From: Pontiella sp.
GTDB lineage: Bacteria; Verrucomicrobiota; Kiritimatiellia; Kiritimatiellales; Pontiellaceae
Length of the DNA stretch: 47,830 bases
Reading direction: 5' to 3'
NCBI GenBank assembly: GCA_050290185.1
Contig: JBNKHE010000012.1
Coordinates: 1-47,830 of the forward strand
Shown here: positions 19,745-28,639 of the stretch, one piece after another
Layout of the letters: every line of letters starts with the position of its first letter
Numbering within the stretch: the first letter of the stretch is position 1
Program-made: the position numbers and the translations under genes
The notes under the pieces: generated by a model
Databases searched by the model: none
What the model was told of the DNA's origin: nothing
The model's input: only the letters and a program-made list of their open reading frames with translations

Positions 19745-21004
19745 TCAGGCCTTGACCGACTTGATGTTTTTCATGGGCTTGACCGGAACCTTATCATGAA
19801 TTTCCGGGTCGTAAACGGCATATGCGCGAATATCGTTTGTCCGGTTGTAGTCGAGCACCTTTTGGCCGGCATTGTAGAGATGGTGAAGATTGCGGCCGTG
19901 CTCGGGATAAGTTGCAACGCCAAGCGTTATGGTGGTTTTTAGTTTTTTTTGCCCGCTGGCAAACTGGGACTGCTGAACCAGCGTGCTGATGCGCTTGCCG
20001 ATGCCTTCCGCTTCCTCCAGCGAACACTTGGCCAGCACCAGAAAGGCATATTTCTCATGGCGGCCAATCAGATCGTCCGCGCGGAGATAGTCCTGCAGGA
20101 TTTTACTGACGCCCGCCATGACATCATCGGCAGCGTCTTCCCCGTGGAAGCGGTCGATGTGATCCATGTTGTTGACTCCGACGCAGAAGAGCGCGGCTCT
20201 TTGCTTCTTGTAGCGCAGATCACTCATCATGCGCTGCATGTAGGCCGAAATGACCGACGGTTTAAGAACGCCGGTGATCGGATCGAGAATGGCGTCCTTG
20301 CGGCGGGTCCGCCATCCCTTGCTTTCCTCATCCGGAATCTCTTCTTCGGTTGCATCGGATTCGATTTCTTCCTCTTCAGCAAGGTGCTCTTCATCCTCGG
20401 CATCGACATCGATGATCGCCGGGAGGATAATGGGTTCTTCAACGGTCGTCTGATCCAACCCCTCGAGCGCAATACCAATCAGTTCCTTTCCACTCAAGCC
20501 ATGACCGGGGTACGAGGCCATCCCCACCCGCATGTCTTCCATGGCAATTTCATCGCAGGCCGCTTCAACATTTTGAATGATACGGCCGAGTATCGGTACT
20601 CCATCCTCCGGCTCGGACTCGGCCAAGAGCACAGCTGTTTCATCGTCATACACACAGACAACGTCATCTCTGCGGGCGGCATTCCGAATGGCTTCCATCA
20701 CATGCGAATTCATGGATCCATGAAATCCGGAACGCCCGGTCTTGATCAATGCAACGGAAAAAGAGGTTCCCCGTCGTCCACAACCGGCAAGGTAGCGCGC
20801 GAGCTGGACACGGAGGATTTCCGTAGCGGAGGTGCCCATTTCCTCCGGACTTTTTTCTTCCGCCAGCTCAACGATGTGCTGGAAGCGGTAGTAGCTCGAT
20901 ACCAAGGTAATGATCACAAAGGACACGATGATCGATGCCACGACGCTCACGACGCTGCCAAGCAGGTCGATCTGCGCAATAGTTGTGGAAAAAGGCACCA
21001 GCAT
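19745..21004 (-). CDS. Membrane-anchored protein with two degenerate GGDEF domains
   Basis: N-terminal TM; D.ITG.L, NNMDHIDRFHGEDAADDV, RADDLIGRHEKYAF, ITLGVATYP; earlier domain RRDDVVCVYDDET / VGMASYP; acidic linker. Confidence 0.8.
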   Translation of the reverse strand: MLVPFSTTIAQIDLLGSVVSVVASIIVSFVIITLVSSYYRFQHIVELAEEKSPEEMGTSATEILRVQLARYLAGCGRRGTSFSVALIKTGRSGFHGSMNSHVMEAIRNAARRDDVVCVYDDETAVLLAESEPEDGVPILGRIIQNVEAACDEIAMEDMRVGMASYPGHGLSGKELIGIALEGLDQTTVEEPIILPAIIDVDAEDEEHLAEEEEIESDATEEEIPDEESKGWRTRRKDAILDPITGVLKPSVISAYMQRMMSDLRYKKQRAALFCVGVNNMDHIDRFHGEDAADDVMAGVSKILQDYLRADDLIGRHEKYAFLVLAKCSLEEAEGIGKRISTLVQQSQFASGQKKLKTTITLGVATYPEHGRNLHHLYNAGQKVLDYNRTNDIRAYAVYDPEIHDKVPVKPMKNIKSVKA

Positions 21005-21048
21005 ACGAAAAAGAAGGTGCGGACTTTAGCCGCACCTCGGGAAGGTTG

Positions 21049-21570
21049 CTAGTAGATGGCAAATACGGACCTGCGATTTTTCCGCCAGGCCGCTTCATCG
21101 TGCCCCATATCATCGGGCATCTCCTCCCCGTAGCTCTTGGTCTGGATGATGGCCGGATCAACACCGAGGTTGATCAGATAGTCGCGGACCGCCAGTGCGC
21201 GGCGCTCGCCCAGAGCAAGGTTGTACTCCCGGCTGCCTCGCTCATCGGCGTGGCCCTCGACGATCACTCCCTGCCCCTTTCCTTTCTTCAGGTATGAAGC
21301 GACCTGCTCGCATTTGCCCGCTTCCTCGGGATTGACCGAAGAACTGTCATAGGCAAAGTAGACCGGCGGAAACAGACTGCGGTCACCATCCGCGGGAAGA
21401 CCGAGAGAGCTATCCGGCAAAGGGAATCCGGATTCGATTGAACCGCCGGTTATCCCTGTGTCGCCCCATGGATCCATCCCATTGGCGTTCTTTGACTTAC
21501 AGCCTCCGATAAAAGCCATGGAACCAACCATTGCCGTGACCGTTAAAACCTTGAAAAATACTTTATTCAT
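21049..21570 (-). CDS. pal: Peptidoglycan-associated lipoprotein (OmpA domain)
   Basis: Lipobox FIGGC; VYFAYDS, EGHADERGSREYNLALGERRA, SYGEE, KNRR. Confidence 0.92.
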   Translation of the reverse strand: MNKVFFKVLTVTAMVGSMAFIGGCKSKNANGMDPWGDTGITGGSIESGFPLPDSSLGLPADGDRSLFPPVYFAYDSSSVNPEEAGKCEQVASYLKKGKGQGVIVEGHADERGSREYNLALGERRALAVRDYLINLGVDPAIIQTKSYGEEMPDDMGHDEAAWRKNRRSVFAIY

Positions 21571-21595
21571 AATATGCGCAACCCCCGCTTTCGGT

Positions 21596-22801
21596 TTAAG
21601 GAGAACAGGCCGGGGAATACCAATCGCCCGAGCCTGAAATCAAAGCTACAGGAGAATCTTTTAACGTGTCAAGGAGGTAGATGGCCGAACGGTAGCCCGA
21701 AGTGCGGGAACAGACAATGTGGCGCCCATCCGGCGCCCAGCAGGGATCTTCATAATCGGCCCAATCGGTCTCCAGAAGTCGCGTGGAACGATTGGTTGGG
21801 TTGACCAGGGCAACCTGATAGCGCCCGCCAACCCGCGAGCTGCAGACAATCCAGCCATTCTTTCCCCAATCCGGCGCCACATTTTCGGATCCCGTGGTTG
21901 TAATCCGCTGGGCCCGCCCCCCCTTGCTCGAAATTACATAGATTTGCGGCTTTCCGGTGGTATCGGAAACAAAGGCAATGAGGCTTCCGTCCGGCGACCA
22001 GCAGGGACTGGCCTCGTTTCCGTACCGCGTACCGGTCAGCCGGGTCAGCCGCCCGGTCCGGAGGCTCTTGATGTAGAGTTCGGGATTGCCGTCCCGGGAA
22101 AGAATCAGCGCCATGTTCTTTCCATCCGGCGATATTGCTCCGCTCGCGTTCAGTCCGCCATGACTCGATACAGGGTGCCCGCGCCCCGTGATGTACACGT
22201 TTGGATAGCCCAGTTTGAAGGACGTATAGATCAGGCTTTGGCCATCCGGCGACCAGCGCGGTCCCACCACAATGCTTCGGTCACGCGTAATCTGCCGCAT
22301 GTTATGGCCGTCGATGTCGCACATGTACAGTTCCTTGCGGCCGGTCCGGTTGCTCACCAGGGCAATCCTGGCCGAAGCCATCCCCGGCTTGCCCGTGATG
22401 GCATAAACAATTTCATCCGCCACCTTGTGGGCCAGGCTCCGCGGATCGCCGACCTTGCCATTATACGCACGACCCAGCTTGCGCTGACGGGTGGCGGTTT
22501 CAAAGACCTGGCATTGTGCCTGCATTTGGCTCCCGGAAGTCGCGCAGGTGCCTACCACACTGAGTGCTCCCCCGCTCGAAGTCACCGCAAAATAGCCAGA
22601 ACGGTTCAAGTCGGCCTTCAATACGGAAAGAAAGGTTTTCGATGCCGCATCGCTTCCTGTCCGGTAGCTTCCCAGATTGATGGATATCTTGCCCTCTCCG
22701 CTTTTTACAATATCAATGGTGCGGGCGTACGAAATGATGGCCATGGAACAAGCCGCCATCACAAACATAAATCTTTTCATGGTGCATATCTCCATATTCA
22801 C
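21596..22801 (-). CDS. tolB: Tol-Pal beta-propeller protein TolB
   Basis: Signal peptide, AHKVADEI...TG..G, repeated PD40 WSPDG motifs; lies between tolA and pal. Confidence 0.9.
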   Translation of the reverse strand: MNMEICTMKRFMFVMAACSMAIISYARTIDIVKSGEGKISINLGSYRTGSDAASKTFLSVLKADLNRSGYFAVTSSGGALSVVGTCATSGSQMQAQCQVFETATRQRKLGRAYNGKVGDPRSLAHKVADEIVYAITGKPGMASARIALVSNRTGRKELYMCDIDGHNMRQITRDRSIVVGPRWSPDGQSLIYTSFKLGYPNVYITGRGHPVSSHGGLNASGAISPDGKNMALILSRDGNPELYIKSLRTGRLTRLTGTRYGNEASPCWSPDGSLIAFVSDTTGKPQIYVISSKGGRAQRITTTGSENVAPDWGKNGWIVCSSRVGGRYQVALVNPTNRSTRLLETDWADYEDPCWAPDGRHIVCSRTSGYRSAIYLLDTLKDSPVALISGSGDWYSPACSP

Positions 22802-22806
22802 AGCAT

Positions 22807-23553
22807 TCAGTTAATGCTGAAATTAATGACTATATTGTTTAACGGATACCCGGCCGGCGGTTTTTTCGGAAGAATAGAAATCTTCCGTACCGCACTCTCC
22901 ACCGTAGCATCGTATTCGGGATCTCCCGACGACTGACTCAACCGCCAGGTTTTGATGCGCCCCGTTGCAGTGATTGCAATCGTCACCTTCGCAGAGCGCG
23001 CAGCGGCAACCGCAGGCTGCGCCCAGGCCTTGTAGAAGGCCGAATGGATATGCGCATCATAGGCCGAAATCTCATTCGGATTCCCGGGGGTTGCGGAAGG
23101 TTTAACGATGTCACTCAATTCTTTCCGGATATCCGATTGCGAAATCACCGGCTTCACTGGAGTGACAGGGACTTTCTTGCCAATTTTGATCTGACTTGGA
23201 TCAACCGGTTCCCACTTGGGCTTTTTGGGCTCAACCTTGGGCGGCTGCACTTTCTTGACGGGCTCAACCGTGGGCTTCGTTGGCGTCGGAATGGGATCGG
23301 GAATCTTGACAGGCACCGGGGTTTCAACTTGTTCCTGAGGTGCTGGTGTCGGATGCTCCGGCTCAGGCATCTCCGAAACCTCCTCGATAACCGGGGTTGG
23401 CGCTGGCTCGCCAAACTCGATGAAGGTTACGATTTCCGGCTTGGGCTCCGGCCGAAAGCATCCCTGCAGCGTGGACTGCAGGAATAAAAACAGGATCACC
23501 GCCGCATGAATGGCCAGCACTCGCAAGGTTATTCTGCGCTCAAACCGGTTCAT
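22807..23553 (-). CDS. tolA: TolA/TonB-family energy transducer
   Basis: N-terminal TM with conserved His, Pro/Lys-rich linker, TonB_C-like domain (SSGDPEYD..V..AV); position in the tol cluster. Confidence 0.75.
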   Translation of the reverse strand: MNRFERRITLRVLAIHAAVILFLFLQSTLQGCFRPEPKPEIVTFIEFGEPAPTPVIEEVSEMPEPEHPTPAPQEQVETPVPVKIPDPIPTPTKPTVEPVKKVQPPKVEPKKPKWEPVDPSQIKIGKKVPVTPVKPVISQSDIRKELSDIVKPSATPGNPNEISAYDAHIHSAFYKAWAQPAVAAARSAKVTIAITATGRIKTWRLSQSSGDPEYDATVESAVRKISILPKKPPAGYPLNNIVINFSIN

Positions 23554-23558
23554 GCCTG

Positions 23559-23963
23559 TTACTCCGCCTCCGTAACCAAAGCCATACGGGTAATATCCGC
23601 ATCGTGCAGAATTTTCATGACGTCAACCACGTCGCCATAGGGCAGCGCACGGTCGGCGCGCACGTAGACCGTCGTGTTTGGATCCGTCTCAGACACCTCC
23701 ATCATGGCTGATACGAGTTCGTCGCGGGAAACCGGAACGTTGTCGAGAAAGAGCTTCTTTTCGAGGTTGAGACTGATCGATCGCGTTTGCGGATCCATCA
23801 TGTCCTCGGCCGACCCCTTCGGCAGGTTGATCGCAATCCCCTGTTCTATTAACGGAAAGGTGATGATAAAGGTAATCAGCAGAATAAACGTCAGGTCCAT
23901 CAGCGGCGTCATATTGATATCGCTGATCTGATTAAGGGAAACGAGACTGGTACGACGAGCCAT
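23559..23963 (-). CDS. tolR: TolR/ExbD
   Basis: DINMTPLMDLTFILLITFII, RAD..LPYG.VV.VM. Confidence 0.88.
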   Translation of the reverse strand: MARRTSLVSLNQISDINMTPLMDLTFILLITFIITFPLIEQGIAINLPKGSAEDMMDPQTRSISLNLEKKLFLDNVPVSRDELVSAMMEVSETDPNTTVYVRADRALPYGDVVDVMKILHDADITRMALVTEAE

Positions 23964-23966
23964 CGG

Positions 23967-24731
23967 TTATGCCTCAATAACGTAGGTGTTCTGGATTCCG
24001 GAGATGAATTCCTGCGAAAAGTTATCCATTTGCACGGAAATCTTCCGAATATGAGAGGAAAGCAGGTTGTAGCCCACCATGGACGGCAATGCGACGATCA
24101 GGCCCACAATGGTGGTAAGCAACGCGCCGGAAATACCCGGCGCCACGGCTGACAGTGCGGCCGAACCCGATTCCGCCATGCCGCTGAAGGCGTCCATCAC
24201 GCCCCAAACCGTTCCGAGCAGGCCGAGAAACGGCGCCGCACTCACGGCCGTGGCCAGCATGCCCATCTGTTCTTCGAGTTGCAGGGCCTCATCAGCCACA
24301 TTCCGGTCCACCACCGAACGAAGGGTTTCCAGCTGGTTCAAGGTCAGACGGCGATGTGCTTCGGAAGTCAGATCCCCCATCAGCAGGTCGTCGGGATCGA
24401 TCCCATGCGCCTGCAGCTCGCCGCCCAACGCATGACAGCCCGCCTTGTAGATGGTGTTCAACGGCGACCCGGTGTATTCCTCGCGCCTGGTAAACAAAGC
24501 GGTCGGGTTTCGTTCGGCCCGGAAAGCCTCCAGAAACTCCACCGTGGTACGGCTGGCAAAGCGAAGTTGCACGCCTTTCGTCCACATAATGGTCCAGGCC
24601 AGCGCCGACCCCATGAATAGAACAATAACAATCGCCTTTCCCGGAAGCGTACTATCGGCGAAAGCCCCTGCCATATCGCCAATGGGCAGGGAAAAAAGCA
24701 TCGAATCGAACAACCCCATAATTGTACTCAC
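23967..24731 (-). CDS. tolQ: TolQ/ExbB proton channel
   Basis: APFLGLLGTVWGVM.AF, VAPGISGALLTT.GL.VALP. Confidence 0.88.
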   Translation of the reverse strand: MSTIMGLFDSMLFSLPIGDMAGAFADSTLPGKAIVIVLFMGSALAWTIMWTKGVQLRFASRTTVEFLEAFRAERNPTALFTRREEYTGSPLNTIYKAGCHALGGELQAHGIDPDDLLMGDLTSEAHRRLTLNQLETLRSVVDRNVADEALQLEEQMGMLATAVSAAPFLGLLGTVWGVMDAFSGMAESGSAALSAVAPGISGALLTTIVGLIVALPSMVGYNLLSSHIRKISVQMDNFSQEFISGIQNTYVIEA

Positions 24732-24887
24732 CCTCGTTTTATTCGTGTTGGAAAATTGGTTTCACCAAACATATTTCCCCAAGGTGGAAAAGCAAATGAA
24801 AAAGGGTCCCGCTCCGGAAATTTTACGCCAGGCTCTCGCACGAAACCCATAATGCACATTCTATGTACCCACTTGCCATATAATACA

Positions 24888-24916
24888 TTGACCCCTATGC
24901 ATAAAGAGTTTATAAA
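24888..24916 (+). promoter_or_regulatory. Sigma70-type promoter for ilvC
   Basis: TTGACC (24888-93), 17 nt, TATAAA (24911-16); RBS AGGAG before ATG 24970. Confidence 0.6.
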
Positions 24917-24969
24917 TATACAGTTTCATGCGTAGGGCATGAACAACCATCCCGGGAAGGAGAAACACC

Positions 24970-26070
24970 ATGGCAGTAATCGACTTCGGCGGAGTAAAGG
25001 AAACCGTCATTACCCGTAAAGAGTTCACCTTGGCAAACGCCCGCAAGGTTCTGAAGAAGGAAACCATCGCTATTATCGGCTACGGCGTACAGGGCCCGGC
25101 CCAGGCGCTCAACCTGCGCGACAATGGCTTCAACGTGATTGTCGGCCAGTCCAAAAAGTTCATGAAGGACTGGAACCGGGCTAAGCGGGACGGCTTCAAG
25201 CCCGGCGAAACCCTTTTCGAAATTGAAGAAGCCGTGCAGCACGGCACCATCATTCAGTATCTCTTGTCCGACGCCGCCCAGAAAATCTGCTGGCCGCAGA
25301 TCAAACGAAACCTCAAGGAGGGCGATGCGCTCTACTTCTCGCACGGATTCTCGATCGTCTATAACGACCTGACCAAAGTCATCCCGCCGGAAAACGTCGA
25401 CGTCATCCTCGTGGCCCCAAAAGGCTCCGGCCTCAATGTTCGCCGCAATTTCCTCAGCGGCGCGGGCATCAACTCCAGCTTCGCCGTCCATCAGGATTTC
25501 ACGGGACATGCCAAAGAACGCTGCATGGCGTTGGGCATCGGCATCGGCTCGGGCTACCTCTTTCCGACCACCTTCGAAAAGGAAGTCACCTCCGACCTCG
25601 TCGGCGAACGCGGCATTTTGATGGGTGCGTTGGCTGGTGTAATGGAAGCGCAGTACACCGTACTCCGTAAAAACGGTCACAGCCCGTCGGAAGCCTTCAA
25701 CGAAACCGTCGAGGAACTCACCCAGAGCCTGATCCGGCTCGTCGACGAAAACGGCATGGACTGGATGTTCTCGAACTGCTCGGCTACCGCTCAGCGCGGC
25801 GCCTTGGATTGGGCCCCAAAATTTAAGAAAGCCACCCTGCCCGTCTTCAACGACCTCTACAAAGCCGTCAAAAACAAGGACGAAGCCAAACGCGTGCTGA
25901 AGATCTGCGGCGCGAAGAACTACAAGGAGCGCCTCGACAAGGAACTCGCCGCCATCCACAACTCCGAAATGTGGAAAGCCGGCGAAGCCTCCCGCTCCCT
26001 GCGCCCGAAAGGCAAGCGCAAGGAAATCGCCAGGGGCACCAAGGGAGTCGGCGGCCGCGCCGGCAATTAG
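24970..26070 (+). CDS. ilvC: Ketol-acid reductoisomerase (Bacteroidetes/fungal-like subtype)
   Basis: IDFGG..E.V.TR.EF, IGYGVQG..QALNLRDNG, FSHGF, VAPKGSG, SDL.GERG.LMG, NCS.TAQRGALDW. Confidence 0.96.
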   Translation: MAVIDFGGVKETVITRKEFTLANARKVLKKETIAIIGYGVQGPAQALNLRDNGFNVIVGQSKKFMKDWNRAKRDGFKPGETLFEIEEAVQHGTIIQYLLSDAAQKICWPQIKRNLKEGDALYFSHGFSIVYNDLTKVIPPENVDVILVAPKGSGLNVRRNFLSGAGINSSFAVHQDFTGHAKERCMALGIGIGSGYLFPTTFEKEVTSDLVGERGILMGALAGVMEAQYTVLRKNGHSPSEAFNETVEELTQSLIRLVDENGMDWMFSNCSATAQRGALDWAPKFKKATLPVFNDLYKAVKNKDEAKRVLKICGAKNYKERLDKELAAIHNSEMWKAGEASRSLRPKGKRKEIARGTKGVGGRAGN

Positions 26071-26148
26071 AGATGACAGGGAGGGAATGATCCCGTGGCC
26101 ATCCCTCCGCAGGTGGACGCGAAGTGAGCCCTTCGCTGCCCTCGCGCG

Positions 26149-26176
26149 AACCCCTCCGTAATCCCGGAGGGTTTTT
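26149..26176 (+). terminator. Intrinsic terminator after ilvC
   Basis: CCCTCCG-taatcc-CGGAGGG followed by TTTTT. Confidence 0.7.
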
Positions 26177-26246
26177 GGCGTAAACGCCTTGCCGCCACCC
26201 ATCTCCGCAGATAGTCTTTCTCCAACCTAAAAAGGATGATTGCATC

Positions 26247-27014
26247 ATGAAAAGAACCCTATTGGCCGTTGAACTGGCAAGCATGCTTGCTTTAACGATT
26301 GGAGTCGTGGCCGTGGCCAACGATGCTGTATCGGAAGCCAACGGAAAAATCGATGTGTTTGGCGGTCGCGTCGATGGCAATGACAGTGGAAATCTTTCGG
26401 GAAGCTATACCGTTCCCGTGCAGGAAAACTTCGGGGCGCAGCTCGACGGATTATACGGCCGCCTCGACAATGAAGCCCTCCACGCCCTGGGCGGACACCT
26501 GTTCTGGCGGGATCCCGGCTATGCACTGCTCGGTTTATACGGCTCCTATGGAGAGTGGGATAAGACCGCGCTTTGGCGCGCTGGTGCCGAGGGTGAAATC
26601 TATTTGCCGCAAATCACTTTTGCCGGACAGCTCGGAAACCAATCGGGCGATCTCGGCGATGAAGTTTACGGCAACGTGAACCTGCGGTATTATCTCGCGG
26701 ACGACAACGTGATGCTCGCGATTGGTGGCGGGTACATCGATACCCAGCGTATCTTTTCCACCGACATTGAATACCTGACCGGACTGGACGGAATCAGCCT
26801 CTTTGCAACGGGTGCTGTTGGCTCCGACAACTATGACTATGTACTCGGCGGTATCCGGTATTACTTTGGTTCCGGAAAATCACTCATGCTTCGTCACCGC
26901 AACGATGATCCGTTCAACTATCTGTTCTCATCCTTCAGCAGCACCATTTCCCCCTCTTACAATCCAGCCATCTTTGGAAGGGGATTCGGGGATCGGGATG
27001 CCACACCGGAGTAG
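26247..27014 (+). CDS. Exported hypothetical protein, probable outer-membrane beta-barrel
   Basis: Signal peptide; Gly/aromatic amphipathic strands; ...GIRYYFG.GKSL..RHR.DDP near the C-terminus. Confidence 0.65.
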   Translation: MKRTLLAVELASMLALTIGVVAVANDAVSEANGKIDVFGGRVDGNDSGNLSGSYTVPVQENFGAQLDGLYGRLDNEALHALGGHLFWRDPGYALLGLYGSYGEWDKTALWRAGAEGEIYLPQITFAGQLGNQSGDLGDEVYGNVNLRYYLADDNVMLAIGGGYIDTQRIFSTDIEYLTGLDGISLFATGAVGSDNYDYVLGGIRYYFGSGKSLMLRHRNDDPFNYLFSSFSSTISPSYNPAIFGRGFGDRDATPE

Positions 27015-27035
27015 ACCTTTCCAGACAGATAGCAG

Positions 27036-27064
27036 AAAACCCTCCGGACACCGGAGGGTTTTTT
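27036..27064. terminator. Bidirectional intrinsic terminator
   Basis: AAAACCCTCCGG-aca-CCGGAGGGTTTTTT between the convergent OMP gene and tRNA-Glu pair. Confidence 0.85.
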
Positions 27065-27103
27065 GTGCAACGATCTCGTTGCTGATCTGATGAAAAAAAA
27101 GAG

Positions 27104-27179
27104 TGGCGACCCCTACGGGACTCGAACCCGTGTTGCCAGGATGAAAACCTGGAGTCCTAGGCCACTAGACGAAGGGGTC
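27104..27179 (-). tRNA. tRNA-Glu(TTC)
   Basis: Reverse complement GACCCCTTCGTCTAGTGGCCTAGGAC...CCAGG-TT-TTC-AT-CCTGG...GGTTCGAGTCC...GCCA; 76 nt with CCA. Confidence 0.97.
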
Positions 27180-27199
27180 AGTGGCGTTCCCGGAAAAGA

Positions 27200-27275
27200 T
27201 GGCGACCCCTACGGGACTCGAACCCGTGTTGCCAGGATGAAAACCTGGAGTCCTAGGCCACTAGACGAAGGGGTC
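27200..27275 (-). tRNA. tRNA-Glu(TTC), identical tandem copy
   Basis: Same 76-nt sequence as 27104-27179; 20-nt spacer. Confidence 0.97.
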
Positions 27276-27408
27276 TCTTCCAAAAACGAGCGCGTACATT
27301 AGCAAAACGAAAAAGTGCGGCAACACTAAAAACAAGAATTTTACCATCTCCGCTTTTCCCCCCTTCCCGCTTTACTTCACAGGCCGGTCTTGGCAACCTC
27401 TGCGACAA

Positions 27409-27495
27409 GTCACCCGGGGTGCCTTTCCATAAAGCGGAGAGTGCTGAGATTATACCCGTTGAACCTGATCCGGATCATGCCGGCGCAAGGGAGCG
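27409..27495 (+). ncRNA. TPP (thiamine pyrophosphate) riboswitch aptamer
   Basis: CGGGGTGC...GCTGAGA..ATACCCG..GAACCTGATCCGGATCATGCCGGCGCAAGGGA consensus, directly upstream of thiS. Confidence 0.93.
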
Positions 27496-27507
27496 TTGAA
27501 ACAGTTC

Positions 27508-27538
27508 AAGCGCTTCGATCAGGTCGAGGCGCTTTTTT
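27508..27538 (+). terminator. Riboswitch expression-platform terminator
   Basis: AAGCGCTTCGA-tcagg-TCGAGGCGCTT followed by a T run, between the aptamer and thiS. Confidence 0.75.
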
Positions 27539-27552
27539 ATTGGAGAAATGCC

Positions 27553-27753
27553 ATGAAACTTACCGTGAACGGCGAATCGCATGAACATCAGGGCAATGGA
27601 TCCGTCGATGAACTGCTCGAGGAACTGGGAGCCAATAAGGCCCATACCGCGCTGATGATCAATGGAAACGTCATTCCAGCGGATGACTGGAAAACCGCCA
27701 CGTTAAACGAAAACGACGAAGTAGAGATGCTCGTCTTTGTTGGAGGCGGATAA
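27553..27753 (+). CDS. thiS: Sulfur carrier protein ThiS
   Basis: MKLTVNGE...L.ENDEVE...FVGGG C-terminal GG; ATG 27553 after GGAG. Confidence 0.93.
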   Translation: MKLTVNGESHEHQGNGSVDELLEELGANKAHTALMINGNVIPADDWKTATLNENDEVEMLVFVGGG

Positions 27754-27836
27754 AAGAACAGTGGAACACGCAGAAGAAACTTCAATATCAGTCTCTTTCA
27801 GCGATTTATGCGGTTAGAAACTCGGCAGGATAAATT

Positions 27837-28622
27837 ATGAATAATGATGTTTTGAAAATTGGCGATCAGGAACTGGGCTCGCGCCTGTTTCTCGGAACCG
27901 GAAAGTTTTCCAGTACGCAGGCGATGATCGAGGCCGTTAAGGCATCGGGCTCCGAGCTGGTGACCGTGGCGCTTCGGCGCTTTAACCGCGAACAAGCCGA
28001 AGACGATCTGTACGGTCCGCTTTCCCAGCTTGAAAACGTGCGCCTCATGCCCAACACCTCCGGTGCCATGAACGCCAAGGAAGCCATACGCGCGGCCATA
28101 CTGGGACGCGAACTGAGCAAGAGTCCCTTCGTGAAGCTCGAAATCCACCCCAACCCGCACCACCTGTTGCCCGATCCAATCGAAACCTATGAAGCGGCCA
28201 TCGAACTGGTAAAACAGGATTTCCTCGTGCTGCCCTACATTCCGGCCGACCCGGTTTTGGCCAAGCGACTCGAAGACGTCGGCTGTGCGGCGGTCATGCC
28301 GCTCGGCGCCGCCATCGGCACCGGCAAGGGGCTGTCCACCGCCGAGATGATCAAGATCATCATCCGCGACGCGAATGTTCCGGTTGTCGTCGATGCAGGA
28401 CTCCGCTCCCCGTCCGAAGCGGCCTGCGCGCTGGAAATGGGTTGCGACGCCGTACTCGTCAACAGCGCCATCGCCGCCGCCGAAAACCCCGCCGCCATGG
28501 GCGCCGCCTTCAAGATGGGCGTCGAAGCCGGCCGCGCCGCCCGCCTCGCCGGCCTCATGCCGACTTCCGAAATCGCCGTTGCCAGTTCACCTTTAACCTC
28601 GTTCCTTAGCGGATCCGACTGA
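27837..28622 (+). CDS. thiG: Thiazole synthase
   Basis: SRL.LGTGKF, TVALRR, PNTSG, KLEI, AVMPLG..IG.G.G, VDAG, SSP. Confidence 0.96.
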   Translation: MNNDVLKIGDQELGSRLFLGTGKFSSTQAMIEAVKASGSELVTVALRRFNREQAEDDLYGPLSQLENVRLMPNTSGAMNAKEAIRAAILGRELSKSPFVKLEIHPNPHHLLPDPIETYEAAIELVKQDFLVLPYIPADPVLAKRLEDVGCAAVMPLGAAIGTGKGLSTAEMIKIIIRDANVPVVVDAGLRSPSEAACALEMGCDAVLVNSAIAAAENPAAMGAAFKMGVEAGRAARLAGLMPTSEIAVASSPLTSFLSGSD

Positions 28623-28639
28623 TCCGACCGATCCGTCCA

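Noticed and set aside
19745..21004. Active diguanylate cyclase
   Set aside because: Neither domain has a GG(D/E)EF motif.
24910..26202. 430-aa minus-strand ORF, and similar long shadow ORFs (5869-7083, 8360-9709, 11214-12425, 19949-21052, 21719-22936, 34121-35443)
   Set aside because: All are antisense to well-supported genes and have no recognisable motifs; expected in GC-rich, codon-biased DNA.
27063..27302. ORF with a duplicated peptide (GDPYGTRTRVARMKTWSPRPLDEGVS x2), or a possible CRISPR-like repeat
   Set aside because: It is the antisense reading of two identical tRNA-Glu genes; 76-nt units, only two copies, no cas genes.
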